DNA of 64,000 nucleotides, taken from NCBI GenBank assembly GCA_001820685.1, contig MHQP01000018.1, positions 13,881 through 77,880 on the forward strand. The letters run 5' to 3'. Numbering within the stretch: the first letter of the stretch is position 1; each line of letters begins with the position of its first letter. This document shows, piece by piece, positions 36,760 to 47,265 of this stretch. Source of the stretch: Candidatus Sungbacteria bacterium RIFCSPLOWO2_01_FULL_47_32. GTDB taxonomy: Bacteria > Patescibacteriota > Minisyncoccia > Sungbacterales > GWA2-42-14. Both the position numbers and the translations under genes were made by a program. A model generated the notes under the pieces. It had not been told where the DNA came from. It did not search any database and saw only the letters and a program-made list of their open reading frames with translations.

Positions 36760-37836
36760 ATGCCTCTTCAATCGGCAGAGCTCACGGCAAATGTAATAAA
36801 AGTATTCGGGCTTGCCGCCTTAAGCTTTGTTGTTGCGTTTTTCCTGACGCCGTTCCTTACGCATTTCATGTATACGTATAAGCTCTGGCGGAAAGACGTA
36901 CGCCAAACTTCTCCTGACGGAACAAAAACTCCGCTTTTCGCGGCTCTTCATAAGGACCGCGAGGTACGCGTTCCGCGTTTCGGCGGCGTTCTCGTTTGGC
37001 TCACAACGCTTATCCTTGCGCTTTCTTTTTGGTTCCTTGCAAAAATAACCGGGAACGCCGTGTTCGGCAAAATAAATTTTCTTTCACGAGAGCAGACATG
37101 GCTTCCGTTGTTTGTCCTGCTTGCTTCTTCACTTCTCGGCCTTGCAGATGATTTTTTACAGGTATTCCGGAGAGGCACGTATGTTGCCGGAGGGCTAAAA
37201 TTCAAACAAAGACTTTTTATTGTTTTTCTTATCGCACTTGTCGGAGCGTTGTGGTTTTACTTTAAGCTCGACTGGCGTACGATTTATGTTCCGGGATACG
37301 GGGACCTTTATATCGACGGCTGGTACATTCCTCTTTTTATCGCAACGATGATACTTCTTTTTTCATCCGGAATTGTCGATGGCATTGATGGGCTTTCCGG
37401 AGGGGTCTTCGCGTCCATCTTTGGAGCGTATGCCGGAATCGCTTTTTTTCTCGGTCAGATAAATATTGCGGCATTTGCCGCGGTCATTCTCGGTTCTCTT
37501 CTTGCGTTTTTATGGTTTAATATTCCTCCTGCGCGGTTTTATATGGGGGAGTCGGGGATACTCGGACTTACGACCTCTCTTACCGTCATTGCATTCCTTA
37601 CGGATTCGGCGGTTGTTCTTCCGATCATCGCGTTTGTGCTTATGGTTGAAGTCATTTCCGACGTTTTGCAATTCGCATCAAAGAGATTCCGTGGTAAAAA
37701 GATATTTCTCATTGCTCCTATCCATCATCATTTTGAAGCAAAAGGGTGGCCGCCTTATAAAGTTACGATGAGGTTTTGGATAGTCAGCTTTGTGTCGGCA
37801 ATCATTGGAATGGTTATTGCCCTGATAGGGCGTTAG
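36760..37836 (+). CDS. mraY: phospho-N-acetylmuramoyl-pentapeptide transferase
   Basis: Polytopic GT4-like transferase with LADDFLQV (DDxxK) and DGIDGLSGG motifs; dcw context. Confidence 0.85.
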   Translation: MPLQSAELTANVIKVFGLAALSFVVAFFLTPFLTHFMYTYKLWRKDVRQTSPDGTKTPLFAALHKDREVRVPRFGGVLVWLTTLILALSFWFLAKITGNAVFGKINFLSREQTWLPLFVLLASSLLGLADDFLQVFRRGTYVAGGLKFKQRLFIVFLIALVGALWFYFKLDWRTIYVPGYGDLYIDGWYIPLFIATMILLFSSGIVDGIDGLSGGVFASIFGAYAGIAFFLGQINIAAFAAVILGSLLAFLWFNIPPARFYMGESGILGLTTSLTVIAFLTDSAVVLPIIAFVLMVEVISDVLQFASKRFRGKKIFLIAPIHHHFEAKGWPPYKVTMRFWIVSFVSAIIGMVIALIGR

Positions 37837-38378
37837 CATTGGAGTAGGACTGCTGTTAATAGGATTTATAAAGGTTTAGTAACCCCCAAGAGGGCATCTC
37901 AAATATACAAAGAGTTGTGGGCACAAGACCACCTTTTGTCCTCGAAAGCGATATTTATTTTTAGCTTACTTATACACAGTCTTCTTTCGCGATATGGGTT
38001 CGCATGCCATATAATAATAAAGTATGCAAGTAGAAACTTTAGACCGTTTTTAAAAGTTTGACTTGCCGGGGAGTCTAGCTCTAATTTGATAATCTGAAAA
38101 TCAAACCGGCACTAAAAAGTGACTACTCAAAAAACTTCGGTTGTTATTTTTTTATCTCCTCATTTCAAAGAGGGGGCTCGGTATTAGCCGTAAAGTTTTT
38201 TGGCGTTTTGGTTAAAAATTTTATTGCCGGATACCCTCTCATTGACCAAAGAAGAACTTCAGCAGTTTTCAATATGAGTGAATTTTCACCCTCTTAACGT
38301 CAAAACAACGCTCAATACTTTTAAAATTAAAATTTTCACGACAGCGTTTCTGGGCGCCGCAAGTTTGTTTAAGGCAAA

Positions 38379-41300
38379 ATGATGAAAAAAGTTCCAAAGT
38401 TTTTAAAGAAAGCTTCAAAATCTATTCTTATATTTATGCTCGCGGCGGGCTGGGGTTTTTTTGGCTGGCCGCAATTTTCAGGTTTTCCGCAAAAAATTCA
38501 CGAGGCTAAAGCCAGCCCGGGAGCGCGCGCCAAAACCGTAGAGATTCTTGCCGGGCAGTATGCCGGAGACGGCCTGGGCGGCCAGAATTCAAATACCAAT
38601 CAGTCATTCGCCGAATCAAACTTCAATCTCGCGGAATCAAGCGTTTCGGTAAAAAACGCTTTCGTGGTTGTTGAAATGCAGTTAAACGGCGCGGCGGACC
38701 GTGGCAATGCAACCGGTCACCTCCTCTCCTTTGACGCCTGCGCCAACCCCTGCACTGCCGACCCTTGGGCTGGCTCTGGCAGAGTGGAAGACAATCAGGG
38801 TTCAACCATACTGCAGTATCAGGATATAACCGGCGCCATGTATGTTCGGCTATTGATTGATGTGACCAAAGAAACCCAGCTTGCGGCATATACAGGTAGT
38901 GATAGCACCATGGATTTTATGGTTGGCTATCGGGTTAATAACGGCGCTACCGCCGCCACGATTGATTCTGCCAAAGCCAAGCTCTTTATCACCTACACCT
39001 ATGACGACACTTCAGCAAGCATCACGAATACTGTTATATATCCTTTAGAATCAACCGCTTCGGGCGATCAAGGGACAAGGCGCGCGTCCCAAGCAAGCGC
39101 CTGCACCAAAGGCACCAACTGTCCGACCTTTACCTACAACATGGACACCGCGGAATTTTCGGAAAAAATTTCCCAGTGGTTTGAGGTCGGCGGGTTCAAT
39201 GACCTAAACAGCGGCACCGATGTTACCCGCAATATCAATATCGAGGGCACGGACGTGGATTCTTCCACTTTCTATCATGAAGCGGCGCAGGCTTCTGGTC
39301 AGGGCAACTGGTCGCAGGCCTGGTGGTCAGGCGTTTCCGGCTTTGCTGAAAACACGGCCCAAACTCTGGAGCACTACTTTGCCGCCGGCACCCAGTATCT
39401 TATCGGTGGCGAGGTTTTTGAGACATATACCGCTTCTTCAAGCGCGGCAACCAAAACCCGGACAATTTCTTTTCCCATCGGTGTTATTACCAATGACATC
39501 CTCTCTACCGGAGTGGACTATTCCGCCACCACCACGGTTTATTTTGCCGAATCTGGAGTTTCTATCAAAAAGGCCTGGTTGAGAATTTTGGAAACGGGTG
39601 ACGACGCAACCGGCGCCCACACATTTTCCGTCAAAACCGAAGTTGGCGCGAACGCCCAATCCGCCGCCTCGGTCTATAATCAGGACACGCCCGCTGTCAT
39701 GATTATTATGACAAACCCAATTATTCATGTCATTCCTTCTTCCGATTACACGGAATTAGCGGCGGCAACCGCGTCTTCGGGCAAAGATGTTGGAGTGGCA
39801 GTGCAGTCAAACAGTGCGGAAATTGACGGCGTTTCCGCCGAGCTCATGATTACTTACACCTATACCGGAGAGGCAAACGGATATTTAACTTCTTTGGCTT
39901 CATTCGCGGGCCAGACCGCGACTGCCGGAGTTAGCCAGAGCGAAACATTGTCCAATATGGCGACCTCCACCCTGCCGGAAACTACCGGCGCTAAAACCAT
40001 GCGAGCCGCGGCTTTGAGAGCAAGTTACGCGGCATCAGAGTCAACCGCGGCCATGCTCCAAAGCGATAGTTTTACGGTTGATACTAATTTGTCCACCGGC
40101 TCTCCCACCTGTTCCAATGCGTACGAGAGCGCCACTGACCTTGCCGATGCGTATATGGAGTTTTATAAGCTTGTAACCAGCGCGATGAATACCACTGACG
40201 GACAGGAATACAGCGTGTGTTACACCAACGACGGCGCGGGGGACGCCCAAACCGGCGCCAAAATGAACGGCTGGCTAATTTACACTTATCAATGGGACGC
40301 GCCACCAAATATTTTTGTCTCTAGTGCAACACCAACGCTTGATGTTCGTGTTCCGCCTAGCAGTGCTACTACGACTGTTCCTGCAATAAAAATACTGGCG
40401 ACCGCCGCAAGCCAGATTACAACGTCAGGTATTCGGATAAATATAGACCCGAATTTCCCCCTTCTGTGGGATGGGGCGTGTTCGGGAAGCACTACCCCGG
40501 CGTTCTCTGGAAGTGCTGCCGGTAAAATTACCGCGGCAAATTCAGGATTTATCTGTTCGAGCGGTTCTGCGCGAACCTTCTATATAGATGTAGACACCAC
40601 ATTCGATTCCGGAGATGATATCATTATTACGAGCGGGGTGTCATGGGGCGCTACTTCAACGGCATTTGCCGCTTCAACGACACTATCGCTTTCTATAGAC
40701 GGCGGGGTAACCAGAGCAAAAACCGCGACATCGTCAATCGCAGTAAAAGGTATCTTGGCGGTTTCAGACCATTCCGCGGGACAAATTACCGACCAATTCG
40801 CCGACATGCTTGAAACCGAAACATCAACATCATCCGAACTTTTCAGATTCAAACTTGCGCCAAATGGCGAATCCGCCTCTACAACGCTAAAGCTGACATA
40901 TACAACTTCCGGCATTGACGACGGGGATATTGCTTCAGGCGATATCTACGTTGATACTGACGCCAACGGCAGAGTAAACGGAGCGGAAGCAACAGCCGGA
41001 TTTAACTGTAGTCCGCCTTCAGGCGGGACAATCACGTGCAACGGCACAACGACCGTAAGTGCCGCGACAAATTATATCTATAAAGCGACAGTCTCAAACC
41101 TTGCAACCGGAGATTCTATAACATTTGACACAATTTCAACTTCCAACGTGGTTGGTATCGGAGCAACAAGCAAAACATATACTTCGCGTCTCACCACAAC
41201 GGCAAGCATGAATTCGGCAACGCATCAGAAATCTAAAATTATTGCTTTTTCATCAGATTATTCTCAAAACTTTCTCTTAGACGGATCTCTTGCCGCTATG

Positions 41301-41819
41301 GCCCCTATCACCATACGCGTGTATGCAAACCAAAAGGCGACAACATCTACCGGATTTCGCATAAAAATTCCGACAACTCTTGATTTTACATGGGATATAA
41401 CTGATCAATCAGCCTCCACCGGAGGAAACGCGGCAAATAAAGTTGATGCGGTCGTCGTGTTCCCGGATACAAAGACTCTCTACATTACCATTAACACCGA
41501 TTTTATCGCGGGAGACGAAGTTCAGATCGGAGGTCTTTCATTTAAAAATTTTAGCAGCATATCAGGTCCGGATTCCTTACAGCTTTACACCGGAGGCGCG
41601 GATGACGCAGGTGTTGACGCAATAGACAATAAAATCAAGCAAGTCGTAGGCGTTATGGGAACCGGAGCCGCCACTGCGACTGACGCGGCACCCTTTGCAA
41701 TTCCTCTCGGCGGAGGGCTTCAAAATTCAGGGGTTGGAACTCCTGTTGAGCCTCCGCCATTTGAACAGCCACAGGGGGGCGGCACCGACCAGGGAGGCGG
41801 AACGACTCCGTCCGAGTAG
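38379..41819 (+). CDS. giant secreted/cell-surface protein (1146 aa), Thr/Ser/Ala/Gly-rich
   Basis: N-terminal signal/TM and a beta-rich low-complexity composition. No catalytic motifs recognised. Preceded by a 540-bp AT-rich non-coding leader. Confidence 0.7.
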   Translation: MMKKVPKFLKKASKSILIFMLAAGWGFFGWPQFSGFPQKIHEAKASPGARAKTVEILAGQYAGDGLGGQNSNTNQSFAESNFNLAESSVSVKNAFVVVEMQLNGAADRGNATGHLLSFDACANPCTADPWAGSGRVEDNQGSTILQYQDITGAMYVRLLIDVTKETQLAAYTGSDSTMDFMVGYRVNNGATAATIDSAKAKLFITYTYDDTSASITNTVIYPLESTASGDQGTRRASQASACTKGTNCPTFTYNMDTAEFSEKISQWFEVGGFNDLNSGTDVTRNINIEGTDVDSSTFYHEAAQASGQGNWSQAWWSGVSGFAENTAQTLEHYFAAGTQYLIGGEVFETYTASSSAATKTRTISFPIGVITNDILSTGVDYSATTTVYFAESGVSIKKAWLRILETGDDATGAHTFSVKTEVGANAQSAASVYNQDTPAVMIIMTNPIIHVIPSSDYTELAAATASSGKDVGVAVQSNSAEIDGVSAELMITYTYTGEANGYLTSLASFAGQTATAGVSQSETLSNMATSTLPETTGAKTMRAAALRASYAASESTAAMLQSDSFTVDTNLSTGSPTCSNAYESATDLADAYMEFYKLVTSAMNTTDGQEYSVCYTNDGAGDAQTGAKMNGWLIYTYQWDAPPNIFVSSATPTLDVRVPPSSATTTVPAIKILATAASQITTSGIRINIDPNFPLLWDGACSGSTTPAFSGSAAGKITAANSGFICSSGSARTFYIDVDTTFDSGDDIIITSGVSWGATSTAFAASTTLSLSIDGGVTRAKTATSSIAVKGILAVSDHSAGQITDQFADMLETETSTSSELFRFKLAPNGESASTTLKLTYTTSGIDDGDIASGDIYVDTDANGRVNGAEATAGFNCSPPSGGTITCNGTTTVSAATNYIYKATVSNLATGDSITFDTISTSNVVGIGATSKTYTSRLTTTASMNSATHQKSKIIAFSSDYSQNFLLDGSLAAMAPITIRVYANQKATTSTGFRIKIPTTLDFTWDITDQSASTGGNAANKVDAVVVFPDTKTLYITINTDFIAGDEVQIGGLSFKNFSSISGPDSLQLYTGGADDAGVDAIDNKIKQVVGVMGTGAATATDAAPFAIPLGGGLQNSGVGTPVEPPPFEQPQGGGTDQGGGTTPSE

Positions 41820-41849
41820 CTTCGGCTTATTTCGGCGGAGCACGCAAAG

Positions 41850-41872
41850 AAACACCCGATGGTGTTTTTTTG
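41850..41872 (+). terminator. rho-independent terminator after the surface-protein gene
   Basis: acacc-cgat-ggtgt followed by T7. Confidence 0.6.
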
Positions 41873-41943
41873 TTCTTTGTTGATAAAAATACTTCATTTT
41901 TGAACGGGGATACAGTATACTAATATGTGTAGCGCATCACCCT

Positions 41944-43518
41944 ATGTACGATATCCTCATTAAAAACGGCCTTGTTATTGACGGAACAAACTCGCTTCCA
42001 TCAGTCAAGGATATTGCCATAAACCAAGACTCTATTGCGGAGATTGCTGAAAACATACCCGTGGGCAAGGCCCTCGTCGTGATTGACGCGGTAAATAAAT
42101 TCGTGGCACCAGGCTTTATTGATGTTACGTCCCACTCCGACACAACATGGTCAATTTTTGACTATCCGGGACAGGAGAGCATGCTTACCCAAGGAGTTAC
42201 AACAATAGTTGGGGGAAATTGCGGTTCTTCCCTTGCTCCGCTCGGCAACAACGAAGCGATAAAGTCAATTCAAAAGTGGACTGACCTTTCAAAAATAAAC
42301 ACGAACTGGTCAAGCGTTTCGGAATTCCTTCACGAACTTTCAAGCCGCCAGCTCGGAGTTAATTTTGGAACGCTTCTCGGGCATGGAACTATGCGCCGGG
42401 GCATTATCGGAGACGCGATCAGGCCCTTGAACATCGAGGAAATAGAAAAAATAAAATATCTTACCGACCAGGGAATGAAAGACGGAGCTTTCGGAGTGTC
42501 AACTGGCCTTGGCAATTCTCACGAACAGGCGGCGTCAGCCGACGAAGTTATGAACTTTGTCCGCCTTCTTAAAGCATACGGCGGAATTTATAAACCCCAC
42601 CTGCGGTCAGAGGGACGGGAGGGATTGCTTGCCGCCATAAATGAAGTGGTCCGCATCGGACGCGAAACCGAAGTCCCTGTTTGTATTTCTCACCTGAAGG
42701 CAATTGGGAGAAGTGAGTGGAGTTATATCGGAAAAACCCTTGAGATGCTGAAGAATGCCGAGGAGGATGGTGTCACGATACGCTTTGACATATTCCCATA
42801 CCTTCGAACGGGTTCCCACCTCTACCAGCTTCTCCCACGATGGTCGCGAGAAGGCGGATTTGCGAAAATATTCGAGCGAATAAAAAGTATCGAGACACGG
42901 GAGAAAGTGATTTCCGATCTCAAGCGCTATACGCTTCACTATGATCGCATTATTGTAGCGTCGGCAAAAAATCCCGCGTTTGCAGGTAAAACAATCCTCC
43001 AGATAGCAATTTCGACGAACTTGCGACCGGAGGAGGCCTTAGTTGAACTCCTCCTTATCAACGAAGGAAGAATTTCGATATTCAATAAAAATATCTCCGC
43101 AAAAAACCTTCTCCGGCTTATACTTTCGCCAAACTCAATGATAGCAACCGATGGAGCGGGGTATTCTCTTGAGAACCGGAAAACCGGCAACCTTGTCCAC
43201 CCGCGCTCTTTCGGGACTTTTGTCCACTTTTTGCATCACTTTGTGCGGCAAGAGGGGAGACTTACGTGGGAACAAGCCATAACAAAAATATCTTCATTGC
43301 CGGCAACAACGCTTGGAATCAAGAACCGCGGGTTTCTCAAAAAGAAATTTTTTGCCGATGTGGTCGTATTCGACCCGATGAAGCTTGCCGACACATCAAC
43401 CTTCCGGAGCCCCTATTCATATTCAACCGGAATTGACTGGGTTGTCGTCAACGGCAAAATTGCTGTATCAAACGGTGAGATAACTTCATCCCGGGCCGGG
43501 AGGGTCCTGAAAAAATAA
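41944..43518 (+). CDS. N-acyl-D-amino-acid deacylase (D-aminoacylase) family amidohydrolase
   Basis: MYDILIKNGLVIDG...PGFIDVTSHSD...GGNCGSS follows the D-aminoacylase family layout. The HxH of the second metal site is degenerate (TSHS); the Cys of the tight site is conserved. Confidence 0.7.
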   Translation: MYDILIKNGLVIDGTNSLPSVKDIAINQDSIAEIAENIPVGKALVVIDAVNKFVAPGFIDVTSHSDTTWSIFDYPGQESMLTQGVTTIVGGNCGSSLAPLGNNEAIKSIQKWTDLSKINTNWSSVSEFLHELSSRQLGVNFGTLLGHGTMRRGIIGDAIRPLNIEEIEKIKYLTDQGMKDGAFGVSTGLGNSHEQAASADEVMNFVRLLKAYGGIYKPHLRSEGREGLLAAINEVVRIGRETEVPVCISHLKAIGRSEWSYIGKTLEMLKNAEEDGVTIRFDIFPYLRTGSHLYQLLPRWSREGGFAKIFERIKSIETREKVISDLKRYTLHYDRIIVASAKNPAFAGKTILQIAISTNLRPEEALVELLLINEGRISIFNKNISAKNLLRLILSPNSMIATDGAGYSLENRKTGNLVHPRSFGTFVHFLHHFVRQEGRLTWEQAITKISSLPATTLGIKNRGFLKKKFFADVVVFDPMKLADTSTFRSPYSYSTGIDWVVVNGKIAVSNGEITSSRAGRVLKK

Positions 43519-43566
43519 TTATATGAGCACAAGAGATCCGCCGGGTTCTCTTTTGTTTTCTGGAAC

Positions 43567-44952
43567 ATGCGGTCTTTTTTGCGATTCAAGAAGAAGGCGG
43601 TGCTCATCATGGGCATTGGTCTGAATGAGGGCGGAGCAGGCGTCGTACGCTTTTTTTTGCGCCGTGGAGCAGAGGTTACCGCAACAGACCTCAAGCCGGC
43701 ATCTCTCCTCAAACCCACTCTTCGGGCTATCAACACATATGCAAAAAAATTGGGAATTCCGAAACATTCTCTTCGTTTTGTCTTAGGGGGGCACACGAAA
43801 GCAGACTTTAGAAAGGCGGACCTCATCATAAAGGGGCCTGGAGTGCCGGACAGCTCTCCGTATCTTGCTATTGCGCGAAAACGCGATATTCCGATAGCGA
43901 CCGATATGGAAATTTTTTTTGCGGAGTGTCAGGCTCCCATCATCGGCGTTACGGGAAGCAAGGGGAAATCAACAACCGCTTCTCTCATCGCGCATATTCT
44001 TAAAAAAGCGGGAAAAAAAGTTGTTCTTGCCGGCAATATCGGCGCGTCCTGCCTTGACACGCTCGACTTGATAACGCCGGAAACACGTGTCGTACTCGAG
44101 CTTTCAAGCTGGCAGCTTGAAGGACTTCAAAATTCAAAAAAAAGCCCCCACATTGCTGTTATTACGAATGTTCTCAAGGAGCATCTTAACCGATATAGTA
44201 ACTTTACTGCATACGCAAAAGCAAAATCGCTCGTCTGCGCATTTCAAAAAGAAGATGATTATTGCATCATTAATAAGAAAGCAGATCCCCTTAGGCCATT
44301 CTTAAAAAAAATTAAATCGCGCATACTGTTTTTTCCGGATTCAAAAAAAAGAAATATTCCAAAAGTAAGGAACTCCGCTTTGGAGGGTGAACACAATCTT
44401 GAAAATATCTGGGCGACAGTACTTGCATGCCGCCGTGCGGGGATTCCGGATCGGGTTATCAAAATTGGGCTGAACTCCTACCGCGGGCTTCCCGGACGAC
44501 AGGAACGCGTCGCCATAGTCAGGGGGGTGGCGTATTATAACGATACGACAGCAACGATGCCGGACGCCGCAATTGCAGCACTCAAGACACTCCAGCCGAA
44601 GCCGCCCGCGTCTATCATCCTTATTGCCGGAGGAACGGATAAAAAACTTGATTTCAAGACTCTTTCGCGCGAAATAGTTTCTACGGTTCGCGTTTTGATA
44701 TTTCTGCCGGGAAATGCGACTGACGCAATGAAAATGGAGTTGCGAAAAATAGTGATGACCCGTAAAAAAATCAGCGTATTCGACGCGAGAACCATAGGAG
44801 AGGCTGTTCGAATTGCTTGCCACTCTGCAACAAAAGGGGATAGGGTTCTCCTTTCACCTGGAGCAGCGAGCTTCGGCCTTTTTCAAAACGAATTTGACAG
44901 AGGAAAACAGTTTGTAAACAGTGTTCGCACCCTGTACGCACGGGCTAAGTAA
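43567..44952 (+). CDS. murD: UDP-N-acetylmuramoylalanine--D-glutamate ligase
   Basis: GVTGSKGKSTT P-loop and Mur ligase domain order; between mraY and ftsW. Confidence 0.85.
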   Translation: MRSFLRFKKKAVLIMGIGLNEGGAGVVRFFLRRGAEVTATDLKPASLLKPTLRAINTYAKKLGIPKHSLRFVLGGHTKADFRKADLIIKGPGVPDSSPYLAIARKRDIPIATDMEIFFAECQAPIIGVTGSKGKSTTASLIAHILKKAGKKVVLAGNIGASCLDTLDLITPETRVVLELSSWQLEGLQNSKKSPHIAVITNVLKEHLNRYSNFTAYAKAKSLVCAFQKEDDYCIINKKADPLRPFLKKIKSRILFFPDSKKRNIPKVRNSALEGEHNLENIWATVLACRRAGIPDRVIKIGLNSYRGLPGRQERVAIVRGVAYYNDTTATMPDAAIAALKTLQPKPPASIILIAGGTDKKLDFKTLSREIVSTVRVLIFLPGNATDAMKMELRKIVMTRKKISVFDARTIGEAVRIACHSATKGDRVLLSPGAASFGLFQNEFDRGKQFVNSVRTLYARAK

Positions 44953-45017
44953 AATAAATAAGATTTATTTTTAAAGTTTCAAACAGCAAATAATTTTGAG
45001 TATTTCATTTTTAACTT

Positions 45018-46112
45018 TTGCGTATGTCTCGAGTTGATCAGCCGCTGCTTTTCATTGCTGCCACTCTTGTATTGCTTGGCGTGTTTGTCTTGTCTTCCGC
45101 TTCGGTTGTAATATCCCAAAGAGCTTATGGAACACCATATCTATTTACGCTTCGGCAGATTACCTATGCACTCGTTTTCGGTTCTCTCACAGTTTTTTTG
45201 TTCCAGGCAATATCGTACCGGTTCTGGAGAAAGGTGGCGCTTCCGCTTCTTCTTGCGGCACTCTTTTTATCGTTTCTTGTTTTTCTGCCAAAGATCGGTA
45301 TTGAGCACGGAGGCGCGCGGCGCTGGATAAACCTTTTCTTCATAACCATCCAGCCCGCCGAAATATTAAAATTCGCGTTTATCGTATACCTCTCAACCTG
45401 GCTTGACTCGCGCAGAAGCCACCCAAAGACCGTAAGAGGAGCTCTTGTTCCGTTCATTGTAATGATGGGTGTTCTCTCTGTTTTTCTTATTCAGCAGCCC
45501 GACATAGGCACGCTTGGCATTATTCTCGGCACAAGCATTCTTTTATATTTTTTGGGAGGGGGGAAAATGACCCAGGTCTTGGCGCTCGTCGGCATCGGGC
45601 TTATCGTACTCTGTTTTCTTGTTCTGGCGGCACCGTATCGTCTTGAACGCTTTAAAATATTTCTTGACCCGAATCTTGACCCGAGCGGCTCGGGGTACCA
45701 AATGAAACAATCCCTCATCGCCATTGGATCGGGCGGTTTTTGGGGCAAGGGTTTCGGAAAGGGAATACAAAAATATAACTACCTCCCGGAGCCGATCGGT
45801 GACTCGGTATTCGCTATCTTCGGTGAAGAAATGGGCTTCGTAGGAGCAGCTGTTCTTTTGGGTCTTTTTTTGCTCTTTTTGCGGCGCGGTATCTATATTG
45901 CAGAACATGCTCCTGACTTTTTTGGTACATTGCTCGCGTTTGGCTTTACCATCGGGATATTAGTCCAGGCAGTTGTGAATATCGGGGCAATATCCGGCAT
46001 TCTCCCGCTTACCGGCGTTCCGTTGCCCTTCATTAGTTATGGCGGAACATCCCTTATTACAAATCTTGCCGGGATCGGGATCCTTTTGAATATTTCAAAA
46101 CACATGTCATAA
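45018..46112 (+). CDS. ftsW: peptidoglycan glycosyltransferase FtsW (SEDS family)
   Basis: 10-TM SEDS protein (…GIAISGILPLTGVPLPFISYGGTSL…). Confidence 0.85.
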   Translation: MRMSRVDQPLLFIAATLVLLGVFVLSSASVVISQRAYGTPYLFTLRQITYALVFGSLTVFLFQAISYRFWRKVALPLLLAALFLSFLVFLPKIGIEHGGARRWINLFFITIQPAEILKFAFIVYLSTWLDSRRSHPKTVRGALVPFIVMMGVLSVFLIQQPDIGTLGIILGTSILLYFLGGGKMTQVLALVGIGLIVLCFLVLAAPYRLERFKIFLDPNLDPSGSGYQMKQSLIAIGSGGFWGKGFGKGIQKYNYLPEPIGDSVFAIFGEEMGFVGAAVLLGLFLLFLRRGIYIAEHAPDFFGTLLAFGFTIGILVQAVVNIGAISGILPLTGVPLPFISYGGTSLITNLAGIGILLNISKHMS

Positions 46113-46144
46113 TCTAAGTATTATCCGATAATCTGCTTTTTGTT

Positions 46145-47263
46145 ATGAGGGTACTTTTTACGGGAGGCGGAACGGGAGGCCACATGTTTCCCCTTATCGC
46201 TGTTGCCCGCGAACTTAAGCGGGTTGCCGAGGAAGAACGCATTCTTGATGTACAGTTTTTTTACATGGGCCCGCTTACGGTAGGGGATGAAGACCTTAAA
46301 AAAGAAGATATTTTGTATTACCCGATACTCGCAGGAAAAATGCGGCGCTACTTTTCCATTATGAACTTTATTGATATTTTTAAGACCGGAATCGGCATTA
46401 TCCAGTCGGCTTGGCATTTGTTTATTCTGGTCCCGGACATCATATTCTCCAAAGGAGGATACGGCAGTTTTCCGGTTCTTTTAATCGCGCGTATCTACAG
46501 GATACCCGTCGTCATTCACGAATCCGATTCGGTTCCCGGACGCGTCAATACGTGGGCAGGCAAATTCGCCCGGAGAATAGCCATCGCGTTCCAGAGCGCT
46601 GCAAAGTATTTTCCGGCGGATCGAACCGCGTTACTTGGAAATCCGGTGCGTACCCGCATTCTTGGAGGAAGAGCGGATGCCTCAAAAGAAGCGCTTTCAA
46701 TATTGTCTGGCGACCCAGTCATTTTTGTAACAGGAGGCTCGCAAGGAGCGGAAAAGATAAACCAAACCATAACCGGCATTCTGCCCGATCTATTGAAGAA
46801 GTATGAGGTTATCCATCAGGTCGGCAAAGCAAATCTTGAAGCGGTGAAGTTTGAAACAACAACACTCCTCGAACACTCCGAGAAGCTGAAATATCACTTA
46901 TTCGGATTTCTTGACGAAACAAAACTCCGTGAGGCGTATGCCGCCTCTGACCTCGTTATTGCACGCGGAGGAGCTTCTGCTATTTTTGAGGTCGCGGCTC
47001 TCGCCAAACCTTCTATCATCATTCCGCTGAAAAACTCCGCGCAAGACCACCAGCGCGAAAATGCCTACGAATACGGCCGAGCCGGCGCATGCGTTGTTAT
47101 TGAAGAGGCAAATCTTTCTCCCCACCTTCTGTATTCGGAGGTTGAACGCATCTTCGGAGACGCCGAGCTTCGTAAAAAAATGAACGAGGCCGCGCGCAAT
47201 TTTGCACGGATGGACGCCTCCGAACTAATCGCGCGCGAGATTTTGAAACTCGGACTTCACTAG
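46145..47263 (+). CDS. murG: UDP-N-acetylglucosamine--N-acetylmuramyl-(pentapeptide) pyrophosphoryl-undecaprenol GlcNAc transferase
   Basis: GT28: FTGGGTGGHMFP N-terminus and C-terminal GGASAIFE. Confidence 0.9.
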   Translation: MRVLFTGGGTGGHMFPLIAVARELKRVAEEERILDVQFFYMGPLTVGDEDLKKEDILYYPILAGKMRRYFSIMNFIDIFKTGIGIIQSAWHLFILVPDIIFSKGGYGSFPVLLIARIYRIPVVIHESDSVPGRVNTWAGKFARRIAIAFQSAAKYFPADRTALLGNPVRTRILGGRADASKEALSILSGDPVIFVTGGSQGAEKINQTITGILPDLLKKYEVIHQVGKANLEAVKFETTTLLEHSEKLKYHLFGFLDETKLREAYAASDLVIARGGASAIFEVAALAKPSIIIPLKNSAQDHQRENAYEYGRAGACVVIEEANLSPHLLYSEVERIFGDAELRKKMNEAARNFARMDASELIAREILKLGLH

Positions 47264-47265
47264 TT

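Noticed and set aside
41944-43518. Catalytically dead D-aminoacylase homolog
   Set aside because: Only the loosely bound second metal site (HxH) is degenerate. The tight-site Cys (GGNCGSS) and the rest of the amidohydrolase layout are intact, so loss of activity cannot be inferred.
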